In this document: piece after piece, positions 37,585-48,155 of the stretch
How positions within the stretch are numbered: position 1 is the first letter of the stretch
Layout: each line of letters opens with the position of its first letter
NCBI GenBank assembly: GCA_934699415.1
Contig: CAKUWO010000001.1
Location: 18,947 to 82,946, forward strand
Reading direction: 5' to 3'
Source: an uncultured Erysipelotrichaceae bacterium
GTDB taxonomy: Bacteria > Bacillota_I > Bacilli_A > Erysipelotrichales > Erysipelotrichaceae
DNA length: 64,000 nucleotides
Notes under the pieces: generated by a model
Seen by the model: the letters and a program-made list of their open reading frames with translations, nothing else
The model's database searches: none
What the model was told of the DNA's origin: nothing
Program-made: the position numbers and the translations under genes

Positions 37585-38759
37585 TATGCTTCCTCTTTCT
37601 CAACATCAATACGATAACCTTCATAATAGCCGTCTAATAGACGAGCACGATTAGCAATTTCAAAGATATTAGTTAAGATACGTCCATCAGTATTGACATA
37701 GCATCTAAAGATATCAACAATCATTTGATTTTCATCGACATTAACGTTGTAACCATTATTAGAAGCTAATTCAACAAATTGATAAAGATGTTCTAAATCT
37801 TTAAAACGTACACGATGTAAGACAATAACTTTCTTATTAAGTGGATATTCTTCAGCAATGGTTTCTTTTAAATCAAAGACATTTTGAATAAAACCTAAAG
37901 AAAGATAAGGATATAATTCATTAATTCGACGATAAATTTCAGAATATTCATTATCATTATTCATATTTTCAATAATTTCTTCAGGTTTTTCAGGTTTTTC
38001 AACTTCTTTATTTTCTAAAGTAGTTTCATTTAAATAATCTTCAAGATCATTTACTAAATCATGAACTTCATCTTCTTTATTTTGAATTTCTTGTTTAACT
38101 TCTTCAGCTTTTTCGCCTTCTAAAATTTCAGAGAAGAGATCATCAATTTCTTTAGCTGTTGCTTCATCAGTTCTTTCACTCTGATATAAATCAGCAAATA
38201 AATCTTCAACATCCATTAAATCTTCTTGATTACTTGAATTAACAGCTTTTTCAATTTCTTCAAGATAATCATCAGCCTGTTTAATATCTTCTTTAGCTTT
38301 TTCTTTAGTTTCTACTTTTTCTAAAATATCAGCTAATTCTTTTTGGCTTTCTAAGGTATTATCGAAGAATGAATCTAAATAATTTTCCCAGTTATCAAGA
38401 TAATTACTATCTTCATTAGCATCTGTTTTAGTTTCACTAACTAATTCATTTTCAATTTCATCATCTTTTAGTAAGTTTTCAAGTTCTTCCAAAGAAACGA
38501 TTTCGTCATCACCATTTTCTGTAATATAGTTTTCAAATGCTTCTTGACCAATATTAACAATCGAAGATACAACTTCCCCAAATTCACCTACTGCTTCTTG
38601 TAATTTGAGTCCCATTTCTTTTCTAACTTCATCAAGGTCTACATCTTCAAGACCTGTTAATGTTTCATTTCCTTCTTCACGATCTTTTTTAGCTTCATCA
38701 TTTAAATATGATAATGCTGATACAACAAATCCAAAAAGGACAAGATTCTTAACTTTCAT
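37584..38759 (-). CDS. membrane-anchored highly acidic protein with C-terminal RraB-like domain
   Basis: I moved the start to ATG 38759 (GGAGGG 6 nt upstream). N-terminal anchor VKNLVLFGFVVSALSYL, then a ~280-aa Glu/Asp-rich region. The C-terminal ~100 aa align by eye with E. coli RraB (VLHRVRFKDLEHL..GYNVNVDE..IVDIFRCY..LLDGYYEGY). Confidence 0.55.
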   Translation of the reverse strand: MKVKNLVLFGFVVSALSYLNDEAKKDREEGNETLTGLEDVDLDEVRKEMGLKLQEAVGEFGEVVSSIVNIGQEAFENYITENGDDEIVSLEELENLLKDDEIENELVSETKTDANEDSNYLDNWENYLDSFFDNTLESQKELADILEKVETKEKAKEDIKQADDYLEEIEKAVNSSNQEDLMDVEDLFADLYQSERTDEATAKEIDDLFSEILEGEKAEEVKQEIQNKEDEVHDLVNDLEDYLNETTLENKEVEKPEKPEEIIENMNNDNEYSEIYRRINELYPYLSLGFIQNVFDLKETIAEEYPLNKKVIVLHRVRFKDLEHLYQFVELASNNGYNVNVDENQMIVDIFRCYVNTDGRILTNIFEIANRARLLDGYYEGYRIDVEKEEA

Positions 38760-39339
38760 TATTATCCCTCCTTGTAACAATAAGGATACCATCACCTATT
38801 TTATCATAAAATGTGGCTTCATAATTATCCTTACATACAATCTCTTTTCTAAATTCAATAAGCTTCTTAAGTAATCTTTTAGTAGATCTTTGTTTAGTGC
38901 AACTTAAATCATAAATCATGTCATGAAAAACCATATCATCAAAGAATAAACATCCATTATCACTTAGGTATTCTTTGAATTTCTCGAATCTTTTCGCATA
39001 TTGTACTTTACCATCATCAACAATGATTAGATCATACTTTTTATCGCTTATATAATCGGCTGTATCCATCTTATGCAAATGGATACGGTCACTAAATCCT
39101 GACTTTAAAATATTTTCTTCAGCATACCTTTGCATTTCTTCGTTTCTTTCAATGGTATCAATTTCAATCTCTTTAAAATGGGTACAAAGGTTAATCGATG
39201 TATAGCCAATAGCTGTTCCAAGTTCTAATATTGTTTTTACTTTTCTTTCTTCAACAAGCGATAAAAGGAAGGTTTCCCCTCCTTTATCCATTATTGGAAC
39301 TTGATGCAAAATCGCAAATTCTTCTAATTCTTTAATCAT
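38749..39339 (-). CDS. class I SAM-dependent O-methyltransferase (YrrM/TrmR-like)
   Basis: 196 aa. SAM motif ILELGTAIGYTS and the acidic loop IDTIERN. The caffeoyl-CoA-OMT-like family is typical in this size range. Confidence 0.7.
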   Translation of the reverse strand: MIKELEEFAILHQVPIMDKGGETFLLSLVEERKVKTILELGTAIGYTSINLCTHFKEIEIDTIERNEEMQRYAEENILKSGFSDRIHLHKMDTADYISDKKYDLIIVDDGKVQYAKRFEKFKEYLSDNGCLFFDDMVFHDMIYDLSCTKQRSTKRLLKKLIEFRKEIVCKDNYEATFYDKIGDGILIVTRRDNNES

Positions 39340-41012
39340 TTAATTCTTTCTTCAGCAAATTTTTTTAATTCATCAATCTTAGCTAAAGCTTCATCATAAG
39401 TATTAGCTTTAGTTGAAAGATAGATCTTACATTTAGGCTCAGTACCACTTGGTCTGACACATAAATATGAGCCATCTTCTAAGAAATATTTTAAGACATC
39501 AGAAATATCATGTCCTAATAAATCAAATGTTTGATCATTCTCATAAGCCTTTTGTAACTTATAATCTTCAATTCGCACTACTTTATAGCCACTAATTTCA
39601 TTGATATCACAAGCTCTTAAATTAGCCATGATTTCTTTAAGTTTAACAGCACCATCAGCACCTGGCAAAGAGATTGATAATTGTTTATCAGCATATGCAC
39701 CATCACGTTTAAAAATATCAAATAGGACATCATATAAAGTCTTGCCTAATTCACGATAATAAGCACATGCTTCAGCTAACATTAAACATGCTTGAGTTGC
39801 ATCTTTATCTCTTACAAATGGTGATACTAAAGAGCCATAAGATTCTTCATAACCAAAGACATAATTATGTTTATGATCGATTTCATTTTTAGCTGCTTGA
39901 TCACCAATATATTTAAATCCGGTTAAAGTTTTAATGCACGTTACACCATAGTTTTTAGCTACTGCTTCACCAATATCAGATGTCACAATAGTATTATACA
40001 TTGTGGCTTTTTCAGGCATTTTATTAAGTTCTGTTAAAGATGCAAAGATATATTCCATTAATACTGCACCTGTTTGGTTACCATTTAATAAAATATATTC
40101 TCCATTATGTAGTACTCCAACACCCATTCGATCCCCATCTGGATCTGTTACTAATAATAATTCAGCTTTATTATCTTTAGCTGTTTTAAGTACTCCCTCA
40201 TATGCGGCTAAGACTTCAGGATTTGGAGATTTAGTATGTGAGAAAGCAGGATCTGGTTTAAATTGATCTTCTACTACTGCAACTTTATAACCAGCTCTTT
40301 TTAAGGTCTCAGTTACTGGAATTGCAGATGCACCCTCTTCTGGTGAAAAGGCAATTATAAAATCTTTTTTAGTTTCTCTTAATTGAATACCTAATACTTT
40401 TTCATAATAGGCTTCGTCTACTTCTTTATTGATAATATGAATATATTCATTATCCAAAGTAGCAGTTGGAGCTAAAGCTAAAATATCAGGAATGGTATCA
40501 ATTTTAGCAATTACTTCTGCTGCTAATGGCGGAATCAATTGACAGCCATTCTGGTCATATAATTTATAACCATTATATTCTTTAGGATTATGACTAGCGG
40601 TAATCATAATACCAGCATCACAATTTAAATAACGAACAGTAAATGATAATTCTGGTGTCGGTCTTAAAGAGTCAAAGACATAAGCATGAATCTTAAAAGA
40701 AGCTAAAACTCTAGCTGAATCATAAGCAAATTCTTTAGAGTTATAACGATTATCATAAGCAATAGCTACTTTATCTTGGCCTCTTTCATTAAGAAGCATA
40801 GCTAAACCAAAAGTAGCTTTACGAACAGTATGAATATTTAAACGATTAGTACCAGCACCCATTAAACCACGCATACCAGCTGTTTCAAAACGAACATCGG
40901 TATAGAAAGCATCTTCAATCTGTTTTTCATCCATCTTTAATAATTCTTTTTTTAATTGAGGATCTAAATTAGGATGATTAAGCCATAATTCATATTTTTC
41001 TTTAGTATTCAT
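39336..41012 (-). CDS. pgcA: alpha-phosphoglucomutase/phosphomannomutase
   Basis: Active-site TASHNPKEYNGYK. I moved the start to ATG 41012 (AGGAAGG 5 nt upstream). The 50-codon track extension runs through the ptsH terminator and the ptsH 3' end. Confidence 0.9.
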   Translation of the reverse strand: MNTKEKYELWLNHPNLDPQLKKELLKMDEKQIEDAFYTDVRFETAGMRGLMGAGTNRLNIHTVRKATFGLAMLLNERGQDKVAIAYDNRYNSKEFAYDSARVLASFKIHAYVFDSLRPTPELSFTVRYLNCDAGIMITASHNPKEYNGYKLYDQNGCQLIPPLAAEVIAKIDTIPDILALAPTATLDNEYIHIINKEVDEAYYEKVLGIQLRETKKDFIIAFSPEEGASAIPVTETLKRAGYKVAVVEDQFKPDPAFSHTKSPNPEVLAAYEGVLKTAKDNKAELLLVTDPDGDRMGVGVLHNGEYILLNGNQTGAVLMEYIFASLTELNKMPEKATMYNTIVTSDIGEAVAKNYGVTCIKTLTGFKYIGDQAAKNEIDHKHNYVFGYEESYGSLVSPFVRDKDATQACLMLAEACAYYRELGKTLYDVLFDIFKRDGAYADKQLSISLPGADGAVKLKEIMANLRACDINEISGYKVVRIEDYKLQKAYENDQTFDLLGHDISDVLKYFLEDGSYLCVRPSGTEPKCKIYLSTKANTYDEALAKIDELKKFAEERIK

Positions 41013-41024
41013 AATTACCTTCCT

Positions 41025-41050
41025 ATGAAAAAAGAGAGATTTCTCTCTTT
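41025..41050 (-). terminator. rho-independent terminator after ptsH
   Basis: Stem AAAGAGAGA/TCTCTCTTT, followed by T6 on the minus strand. It starts 3 nt after the ptsH stop. Confidence 0.7.
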
Positions 41051-41052
41051 TA

Positions 41053-41319
41053 TTATGCAATAACATTTTGAGCACGTAAAATCGTACAGATCGCATCGAT
41101 TGCACTTTCTTCGTCCTCACCATCACATGTGATTGTAACAGTAGATTGGGTTGGGATACCAAGAGACATTACACCCATAATAGATTTCATATTAACTGTA
41201 CGATCTACATAACTGATGCTGACATTAGATTTGAATTTACATGCTGCATTTACAGCAATCGTAGCTGGGCGTGCATGTAGCCCAACTGGATCTACTACTT
41301 TCGCATTAACCTCTTTCAT
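41053..41319 (-). CDS. ptsH: phosphocarrier protein HPr
   Basis: 88 aa. His15 context GLHARPAT and Ser46 context MKSIMGVMSLG. Confidence 0.95.
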   Translation of the reverse strand: MKEVNAKVVDPVGLHARPATIAVNAACKFKSNVSISYVDRTVNMKSIMGVMSLGIPTQSTVTITCDGEDEESAIDAICTILRAQNVIA

Positions 41320-41340
41320 AATGCCCTCCCATTCTTTTAT

Positions 41341-41369
41341 ATTCTACAAATAGCTATCTTCTTTTTCAA
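41341..41369 (-). promoter_or_regulatory. ptsH promoter
   Basis: Minus strand reads TTGAAA (41369-41364), 17-nt spacer, TAGAAT (41346-41341). Confidence 0.55.
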
Positions 41370-41378
41370 TATCGTAAG

Positions 41379-41843
41379 CTATTTATGATAGGTCTCATGG
41401 TGATTTATTTTCATGGCACGATAGATTTGTTCACATACCAAAAGTCTAGTCATAGTGTGTAAGAATGTTAAAGAAGATAATTTCCAACGGTAATTAGCTC
41501 GTTTAATAACTTCCTTTGATAGGCCTAAAGATCCACCAATTACAAAAGTAATCTTAGGATAATGGTCAATAACATGTTGAAGCTTCAAAGAAAAAGCAAT
41601 TGAATCCATTTCTTCACCAGCTAAATCAAGAAGAATAACATATTCATCATCTTTGATTGTCGCTAAAAGTCTTTCACCTTCTTTATCTTTAATTGCTTCA
41701 CTAGAATTATTAGCTACAATTGCTTCATCTTTTACTTCATCAATCTTAAAAGATGTATAACCATTAATTCTTTTAGTATATTCATCAATTAATTCTTTTA
41801 AAGCTTTATCTTTAATCTTACCAACTGTTAATAAACGAATCAT
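41379..41843 (-). CDS. rlmH: 23S rRNA (pseudouridine1915-N3)-methyltransferase
   Basis: 154 aa, SPOUT fold pattern, C-terminal EQIYRA...HPYHK-like tail. Confidence 0.9.
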   Translation of the reverse strand: MIRLLTVGKIKDKALKELIDEYTKRINGYTSFKIDEVKDEAIVANNSSEAIKDKEGERLLATIKDDEYVILLDLAGEEMDSIAFSLKLQHVIDHYPKITFVIGGSLGLSKEVIKRANYRWKLSSLTFLHTMTRLLVCEQIYRAMKINHHETYHK

Positions 41844-41852
41844 AGCTTACCT

Positions 41853-42887
41853 CTAATTAACTTCAAGTGTTAAATCAAGATGTTTGCCATCTCTTAAAAC
41901 TTCAAAACGATAATATTCTATTTTCTCATAAGCTAAAGATAAATAATCATCAAGTTCTTCAATTTTAATACCATTAACACTTAACAAGATATCACCCTTT
42001 TTAAGTTTAGCTAAATCAGCAATCGAATTATCTTTAATATCATTGATATATAAACCATAATGTAAATCTAAAGGTATATCTAATGCTGCTCTTTCATAGC
42101 TTCTTAAATCAGTAATAAAGTCAGCTTTAAGGCCAATAAGAGTATGATTAAAGCTCTTTGAAGCTATAAGAGTATCAGCACATATCTTTATTTCATTAGA
42201 TGTTAAAGCGAAACATAATGAATTTTCATTGCGATTTTGAAAGCTTACCATACCAACTAATTCGCCAGCCATATTAAATAATGGTCCACCAGAATATCCT
42301 GGTAATAAAGATGTTGATAATTGAATAAGTGATTGATAATAAGAGAAATTATTATCATCAAAAGTAATATGATTGTTGATTGTTCTTAAAGGTGAGGAAA
42401 CTAAAGCTAATGATACTGAATTAGCATATTCAAGCGATAAAGGCGAACCATATGCTAATAAGAATTCACCCTTATCAAGTAAAGAAGCATCACCAAATGG
42501 TATTGGATTTATTTCAAATGGTAATTCTGTTTCAAGAATAGCTAAATCAGTAAAAGGATCATAACTATATAAATCAGCATTAACTTTATATCCTGAGTCA
42601 AATACTAAAGTATTATTATCGCCTATCGCATGATAGGAGGTAATAAAGTAAGATTTATTATTGTCTTTACGATAAAAGAAGGCACTAGCTATATTACCAT
42701 CGTTAAGTAAAGTTGCAACCGAACCATCTCTTTCTTTACAAATCTTGGTTAAATCAGTTGATATACCAACTATTTCTTGTTCAATGACCGTTTTCTTTTC
42801 TTGAGGAAGTGTTTTTTCTAAAGTTAGAATAAATAGCCAAACAAAGACAATTATTAAAAATAAATATATAAGTTTATTATTCTTCAT
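41853..42887 (-). CDS. membrane-anchored S1C (HtrA-like) serine protease with PDZ domain
   Basis: N-terminal TM. Triad contexts SYHAIG, DLAILE, GYSGGPLFN. C-terminal PDZ (GLYINDI...GDILLSVNG). Confidence 0.8.
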   Translation of the reverse strand: MKNNKLIYLFLIIVFVWLFILTLEKTLPQEKKTVIEQEIVGISTDLTKICKERDGSVATLLNDGNIASAFFYRKDNNKSYFITSYHAIGDNNTLVFDSGYKVNADLYSYDPFTDLAILETELPFEINPIPFGDASLLDKGEFLLAYGSPLSLEYANSVSLALVSSPLRTINNHITFDDNNFSYYQSLIQLSTSLLPGYSGGPLFNMAGELVGMVSFQNRNENSLCFALTSNEIKICADTLIASKSFNHTLIGLKADFITDLRSYERAALDIPLDLHYGLYINDIKDNSIADLAKLKKGDILLSVNGIKIEELDDYLSLAYEKIEYYRFEVLRDGKHLDLTLEVN

Positions 42888-44416
42888 TATCCTGCTCCAA
42901 TAGAATCACAATCCATAAAGTCACAAACATTAAGACGATTATTATTTTCATCCCTAATTTCCCAATGGACGTGAGGTCCAGTAGCTAAACCAGTACGACC
43001 GATCTGGCCAATAATCTGTCCTCTTTCAACCGTTTCACCAACTTCAACAAATGCCGGAACATTAAAATGACCATAATAAGACTTTAAACCATTGTTATGA
43101 TTAATAATAACCCAGTTACCACCGATACCATCATAACCAACCATCTCAACTGTTCCATTATCAGTTGCATGAGCTGGGCCATAACGCTCATACATATTTT
43201 GGATATCGGTACCTAAATGTCCATAATAGCAGAACATACGACAAGTAATAATAGGGTTATCAACAGGCCACACAAAGTTACCAGTACCAACATTAGGAAT
43301 TGGTTTAGTACCTACTCTAATTACTGCACGAGCTGGTTTTTCAACAACATTCTCTGATAAGATAACTTCTTTTGGTTGCAAGACACCATTAAGCCATGTT
43401 TCTTCATGTAAGACATTCTTATAACCATTAACTTCTTCACTTACTACTTCTTTTTGGTTGGCATACATATTAGGATCTTCAATATATTCAGGAGCATCTG
43501 GATAAATAATTTCTTTAGATAAACGCTCCTTAGTTACTGATACCGTAATAGGTGATTGATAGTAAGTAATATTAAGTTGCATTCCTTCAGCTAATACCTG
43601 GTCTACTGATAATAGAACATCTGGATTAATTAAAAGCAACTGCTTAGGGCTCATATCGTTATATAAGTTACCAACACCTTGCAAGGTATCGCCAGCTTTA
43701 ACGGTATAATATTGCAAACTAGGATTTTTACCATAGCAGAGATATTTATAGATGTCTTGTTGATTTAAAAGAATCTTATCAGCGCCAACAATTGCTTCAG
43801 AACTATTTATCTTTTCTAAGATTTTAACTTTTGTCTCAATTGATCCATAATTGGCTATTTCTGGTGCTTCTTCACTTCTTTTAAAACGATTATAAGCTTC
43901 TTCACTTAAGAAATTCTTTAAGAATAAATCTTGAGCTGCATGATAATCGTCAATATTTTTAACATAGATAACATCATATACACCTTCATTTGTTGAGAAT
44001 TCAATAGAAGTGGCTTTAACTCCTAAGTGGTCATCTTTTAAAAGATACTCAATAATCTTATCATCGATATTTTCTACATTATAATAAACATCTTCTTTAA
44101 CAATTCTTAATCCTTGGCCAAGACCTAAAGAGGTATTAGGAAAGTTTGATTCGTAACGTGAATGATATTCTTCATCAATTTTTTGATTAATATAATTATA
44201 ATCAGTAATAACAGCTACTAAACTTGTACCATCATATAATTTATATACTTCATATGCTTCATTGGTATATGAAAGAATACGCTGCTTTAAAAGCGCATTT
44301 TCATTAGCAAAAATAGTATTTACTTCATATTGCTTAGCTGGATTAATATATATGCTGCCATAAGATAGCAATATAGCTAATGCTAAAGCAATACTTAGAA
44401 AAAGATATTTCTTCAT
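42887..44416 (-). CDS. LysM-domain M23 metallopeptidase
   Basis: N-terminal anchor. LysM YYTVKAGDTLQGVGNLY. M23 motifs HLGTDI and HVHWEI. Confidence 0.85.
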   Translation of the reverse strand: MKKYLFLSIALALAILLSYGSIYINPAKQYEVNTIFANENALLKQRILSYTNEAYEVYKLYDGTSLVAVITDYNYINQKIDEEYHSRYESNFPNTSLGLGQGLRIVKEDVYYNVENIDDKIIEYLLKDDHLGVKATSIEFSTNEGVYDVIYVKNIDDYHAAQDLFLKNFLSEEAYNRFKRSEEAPEIANYGSIETKVKILEKINSSEAIVGADKILLNQQDIYKYLCYGKNPSLQYYTVKAGDTLQGVGNLYNDMSPKQLLLINPDVLLSVDQVLAEGMQLNITYYQSPITVSVTKERLSKEIIYPDAPEYIEDPNMYANQKEVVSEEVNGYKNVLHEETWLNGVLQPKEVILSENVVEKPARAVIRVGTKPIPNVGTGNFVWPVDNPIITCRMFCYYGHLGTDIQNMYERYGPAHATDNGTVEMVGYDGIGGNWVIINHNNGLKSYYGHFNVPAFVEVGETVERGQIIGQIGRTGLATGPHVHWEIRDENNNRLNVCDFMDCDSIGAG

Positions 44417-45765
44417 TAATGAAACTCCATATTATTTTTGATACCATAGAAAGCTGAAACATCCTTTTCAAAAGCAAGCCGAACAACACCAGTTGGGCCG
44501 TTACGATGTTTAGCTAAAGATAATTCAACATCTTCTCTAGTTGAAGGATTTTCTTCATCTTTCTTATTGTTGTAATAAGCTTCACGATAAATAAACATAA
44601 TTAAGTCGGCATCTTGTTCAAGGGCACCAGATTCACGAAGATCTGAAAGCATTGGACGCTTATCTTCTCTTTTTTCAACATTACGTGATAATTGCGATAA
44701 AGCAATAACTGGTACTTCAAGTTCTCTTGCTAAAGCTTTAAGCTTACGTGAAATTTCTGATACTTCTTGTTGTCTTGAATCACTATTACCACTAGCAGTA
44801 ATTAATTGAATATAGTCAATAACAACTAAAGATAAAGCATGTTCACTTTTTAATTTACGACATTTCGCAAACATTTCAGCTACTTTAATGCCTGGGGAAT
44901 CATCTAAGAATAACTTTTGTTTACGTAATTCTTGAACACTTTGGTTAACTGCTGACCAATCACTATCATCTAATTTACCTGTACGTAACTTTTGCATCGG
45001 TACTTTACTTTTAGCTGAAAGCATTCTAAGTGTTAACTGATCCGCTGGCATTTCAAGAGAGAAGATAGCTACTGCACCTGGTGAAATAGATGCTGCATTC
45101 ATCGCGAAATTTAAAGCGAGAGCTGTTTTACCCATTGATGGACGAGCAGCTAAGATAATGAAATCACCTTTTTGAAAGCCTGTTGTCATACGATCCAAAT
45201 CTGTATAAAGCGTTCTTAAACCAGTAATTGTATCTCCAGCATCTTGAATCTTTTGGATCTTAGCAACATTTTCCGCAAATAATTCAGCACCTGTTTTAAA
45301 ATCACTGACCATGCGGGATCTAGTGATTCCTAAAATTGATTTTTCAGCTTCATCTAATAAATCTTCAATACTAGTTGATGGATGATAACTCTCTTCACCA
45401 ATTTTAGAAGTTGCTTCAATCAATTGACGAGCAATTGTTTTTTCACGCAAAATGCGAATATATTCTTCTGTATTAACACGTGATATCGTTGCACTTGTTA
45501 AATGAAGAATATAGTCCATTCCTCCAACCTTATCGAAGAAATCCAAACTCTTTAAACGGTTGACCAAAGACACCGTATCAATTTTTTCTTTTCTTTCATA
45601 CATTGAATACATGATTGAAAAGATACGACGGTGTTTATCTAAATAGAAGTCATTAGAATTAAGCCCCTGCTCAACACATTGTTGCATGGCTTCTTCATAA
45701 AGCAGAATATTACCTAAAAGCGATTCTTCTGCTTCAAGGCTATAAGGAAGGGTTCTATCACTCAT
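44416..45765 (-). CDS. dnaB: replicative DNA helicase
   Basis: 449 aa. Walker A ARPSMGKTA. rplI-dnaB synteny. Confidence 0.95.
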   Translation of the reverse strand: MSDRTLPYSLEAEESLLGNILLYEEAMQQCVEQGLNSNDFYLDKHRRIFSIMYSMYERKEKIDTVSLVNRLKSLDFFDKVGGMDYILHLTSATISRVNTEEYIRILREKTIARQLIEATSKIGEESYHPSTSIEDLLDEAEKSILGITRSRMVSDFKTGAELFAENVAKIQKIQDAGDTITGLRTLYTDLDRMTTGFQKGDFIILAARPSMGKTALALNFAMNAASISPGAVAIFSLEMPADQLTLRMLSAKSKVPMQKLRTGKLDDSDWSAVNQSVQELRKQKLFLDDSPGIKVAEMFAKCRKLKSEHALSLVVIDYIQLITASGNSDSRQQEVSEISRKLKALARELEVPVIALSQLSRNVEKREDKRPMLSDLRESGALEQDADLIMFIYREAYYNNKKDEENPSTREDVELSLAKHRNGPTGVVRLAFEKDVSAFYGIKNNMEFH

Positions 45766-45766
45766 A

Positions 45767-46207
45767 TTATTCCTCGATTAAATGTACTTTAATTACAGCT
45801 TCAACATCTTTATAAAGCTCAATACGAATATTAGTATAACCTAAAGAACTTACAGGCTCAGTATCTTTAATCTTACGTTTATCAATCTTAATACCTTTAG
45901 CTTTTAAAGCTTCTTCGATTTTTTTAGTAGATACTGAATTAAATACACGACCTTCTTTAGCATTTACTTTAAATATTAATTCTGTCTTTTCGATTAATTC
46001 TTTAGTTTTAATAGCTTCTGCTTTAAGTTCAGCCTGATGTTTAGCTTCTTCTGCTTTTTGGCCTTCTAAAACATCGACTGAAGCAGATGTTGCAGCAACA
46101 GCTAATCCTTGACGGATTAAAAAGTTTCTTGCATAACCATCTGATACTTCTTTTACTTCACCTTTTTTACCTACATTTTTAACATCATTTAATAATATTA
46201 CTTTCAT
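45767..46207 (-). CDS. rplI: 50S ribosomal protein L9
   Basis: 146 aa. [31 protein letters not shown]-terminus. Confidence 0.95.
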   Translation of the reverse strand: MKVILLNDVKNVGKKGEVKEVSDGYARNFLIRQGLAVAATSASVDVLEGQKAEEAKHQAELKAEAIKTKELIEKTELIFKVNAKEGRVFNSVSTKKIEEALKAKGIKIDKRKIKDTEPVSSLGYTNIRIELYKDVEAVIKVHLIEE

Positions 46208-48155
46208 CTTTTTTCTCCTCTTCTAAGTATTGGTCAATTGTTGATACAAGCTCTTTTTTAAGTTCTAAGATTGTGCCTTCTTTTCTTTGAACTCCGGCAC
46301 CAGTTAAATGACCGCCACCATGCATCTTTTCCATAATTAATTGCACATTAATCGACCCATCAGATCTAGCAGAAATAGCCATTTCACTATCGCTAATATG
46401 TGCTATCACAAAACCTGCTTTAACTTCTTTCATTTCCATAAGACGATCACAGGCTTGTGAGATTAATGAGCGGTTATAAATTTCTTCACTATCAAGCGTT
46501 ATTACAACAATGCCTTTTCTTACCATTTCGGCTTTATCAACCATTTCAGCTACTTTTCTAACATTTTCAAATGGTTCTTTTTGCCACTTATCAACTAATA
46601 TTGGATCTGCTCCATAAGCTTTTAAAGCGGCAGCAGCTTCAAATGTTCTCTCACCCGTTCGAACTCTAAAGCGATTGGTATCAATAATCATACCAAGATA
46701 CATCATATTAGCTTCAAGGTCTTCAAGATAACCTTTCTTTAACAAATATGGTAATAATTCACATACCAATTCACTAGCTGATGATGCCCCAGCTTCAATA
46801 TAAACAAATAATGGTTTAGTATCTAAATCTGCATTACGGCGGTGATGGTCAATAATAACAATCTTTTTAGCTTCTTTCAATAATGCTTGACCATTAGAAT
46901 TAGAAGCCATATGATGATCTACCATAATAACTAAGCTATCATCCCTTAAACGATTAAGAGCTTCGCTTTCGGTAATAAAATCATGTCTTTCATTTAATTC
47001 ATCATTATTAATTTTAAGAATATCTGCTGTTGTTTTTTCTACTCCGCCACTTCTTGTAATGATAGCGACATCTTCGACATAGTTTGAAGCAATGGCAGAT
47101 AAGCATAAAGCGGCACCAATGCAGTCAGCATCAGCTTCTAAATGTCCACAAATAATAACATTGCTTGCTTTTTTAAGTAACCTCCTTAAGGTATTGGAAA
47201 CAACTCTTACTTTAACTTTCGAGCGTTTACCTTTAGCTTCACTGGATCCACCAAAGAATTGTGCTTCTTCATCACCTTTTCTAGTAACAACTTGGTCACC
47301 ACCTCTTGTTTGGGCTATTTCCAATAATGAAGAAGCCATCTTATCTAATTCTTCTAAATCACCATTACCTCTAGCGAAAGCCATTGATAAAGTGATATCA
47401 ATATCGCCTTTCTTAGCTTCTTTACGTACAGCTGATAGAATTGAGAAACGCTCATCCTTTAATTCTGAATATTGTTTTTCATTTAATATTAATTGAATAC
47501 GGTTGTTACGTAAGGTTTTATAAACTAAATTATGTTCTTTACAATAGTCATAAACCATTGGACGAATATTAGTATTTAAATAAGCTAAATCATCTTCTAA
47601 TTCTGATACTTCTTCATAATTATCAAAGTTAATTAAACCTAACACTAAAGCTTCATCTTCGTATTTCTTCTTTAAATCATATTCATTTGTAACATCACGG
47701 AAAACCATGACATTCGCATTCTTCTTCTTAGATACAATATATTTACTTTCATTGATAATTGCTAAAACTTCTTCTTGATCACCATCTAAGAGTGGTTGAA
47801 CTTCTTTTATCCATTCATAAATCTTTTCACCAATATGTGATACTGAATGTTTAAGCATAAATTCTGACATCCAAGTAATATTGAAGTCTTCATCATATAC
47901 TACAACGCCAACTTTAGCTTCTTCTAAAGCATTTCGCATACCAATATCAAGATTATTTTCGATATCACTTAAGATTTCAGTACTTGAATTATTGATATAT
48001 AAAATACTTCCGCCGTATGCGAAAATCATTACTGCATAGATTAACCATGCTGGCCACAACATGTAAGAGGTACTGGTTTCAAGAATTAGTAAGAAAATAC
48101 CGCTAATTATGATTAGTGCCATGTTTTCAATTCTTAATTTTTTATTGCGCTCCAT
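46185..48155 (-). CDS. gdpP: cyclic-di-AMP phosphodiesterase GdpP (DHH/DHHA1 with TM, PAS-like and degenerate GGDEF regions)
   Basis: Two N-terminal TM helices, DHH motif MVDHH, DHHA1 GGGH. yybS-gdpP-rplI synteny. I moved the start to ATG 48155. Confidence 0.88.
   Translation of the reverse strand: MERNKKLRIENMALIIISGIFLLILETSTSYMLWPAWLIYAVMIFAYGGSILYINNSSTEILSDIENNLDIGMRNALEEAKVGVVVYDEDFNITWMSEFMLKHSVSHIGEKIYEWIKEVQPLLDGDQEEVLAIINESKYIVSKKKNANVMVFRDVTNEYDLKKKYEDEALVLGLINFDNYEEVSELEDDLAYLNTNIRPMVYDYCKEHNLVYKTLRNNRIQLILNEKQYSELKDERFSILSAVRKEAKKGDIDITLSMAFARGNGDLEELDKMASSLLEIAQTRGGDQVVTRKGDEEAQFFGGSSEAKGKRSKVKVRVVSNTLRRLLKKASNVIICGHLEADADCIGAALCLSAIASNYVEDVAIITRSGGVEKTTADILKINNDELNERHDFITESEALNRLRDDSLVIMVDHHMASNSNGQALLKEAKKIVIIDHHRRNADLDTKPLFVYIEAGASSASELVCELLPYLLKKGYLEDLEANMMYLGMIIDTNRFRVRTGERTFEAAAALKAYGADPILVDKWQKEPFENVRKVAEMVDKAEMVRKGIVVITLDSEEIYNRSLISQACDRLMEMKEVKAGFVIAHISDSEMAISARSDGSINVQLIMEKMHGGGHLTGAGVQRKEGTILELKKELVSTIDQYLEEEKKDESNIIK

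Noticed and set aside
41013-41162. N-terminal extensions of track ORFs: pgcA to 41162, arcA to 5180, upp to 27238, DegV from 17561, gdpP to 48197, mnmE to 61274, the RraB-like gene to 38795, and the 56476 gene to 57363.
   Set aside because: The extensions start at TTG or poorly placed ATG codons without an SD. They overlap upstream genes or terminators. They precede an internal ATG that has a good SD and a family-typical N-terminus.
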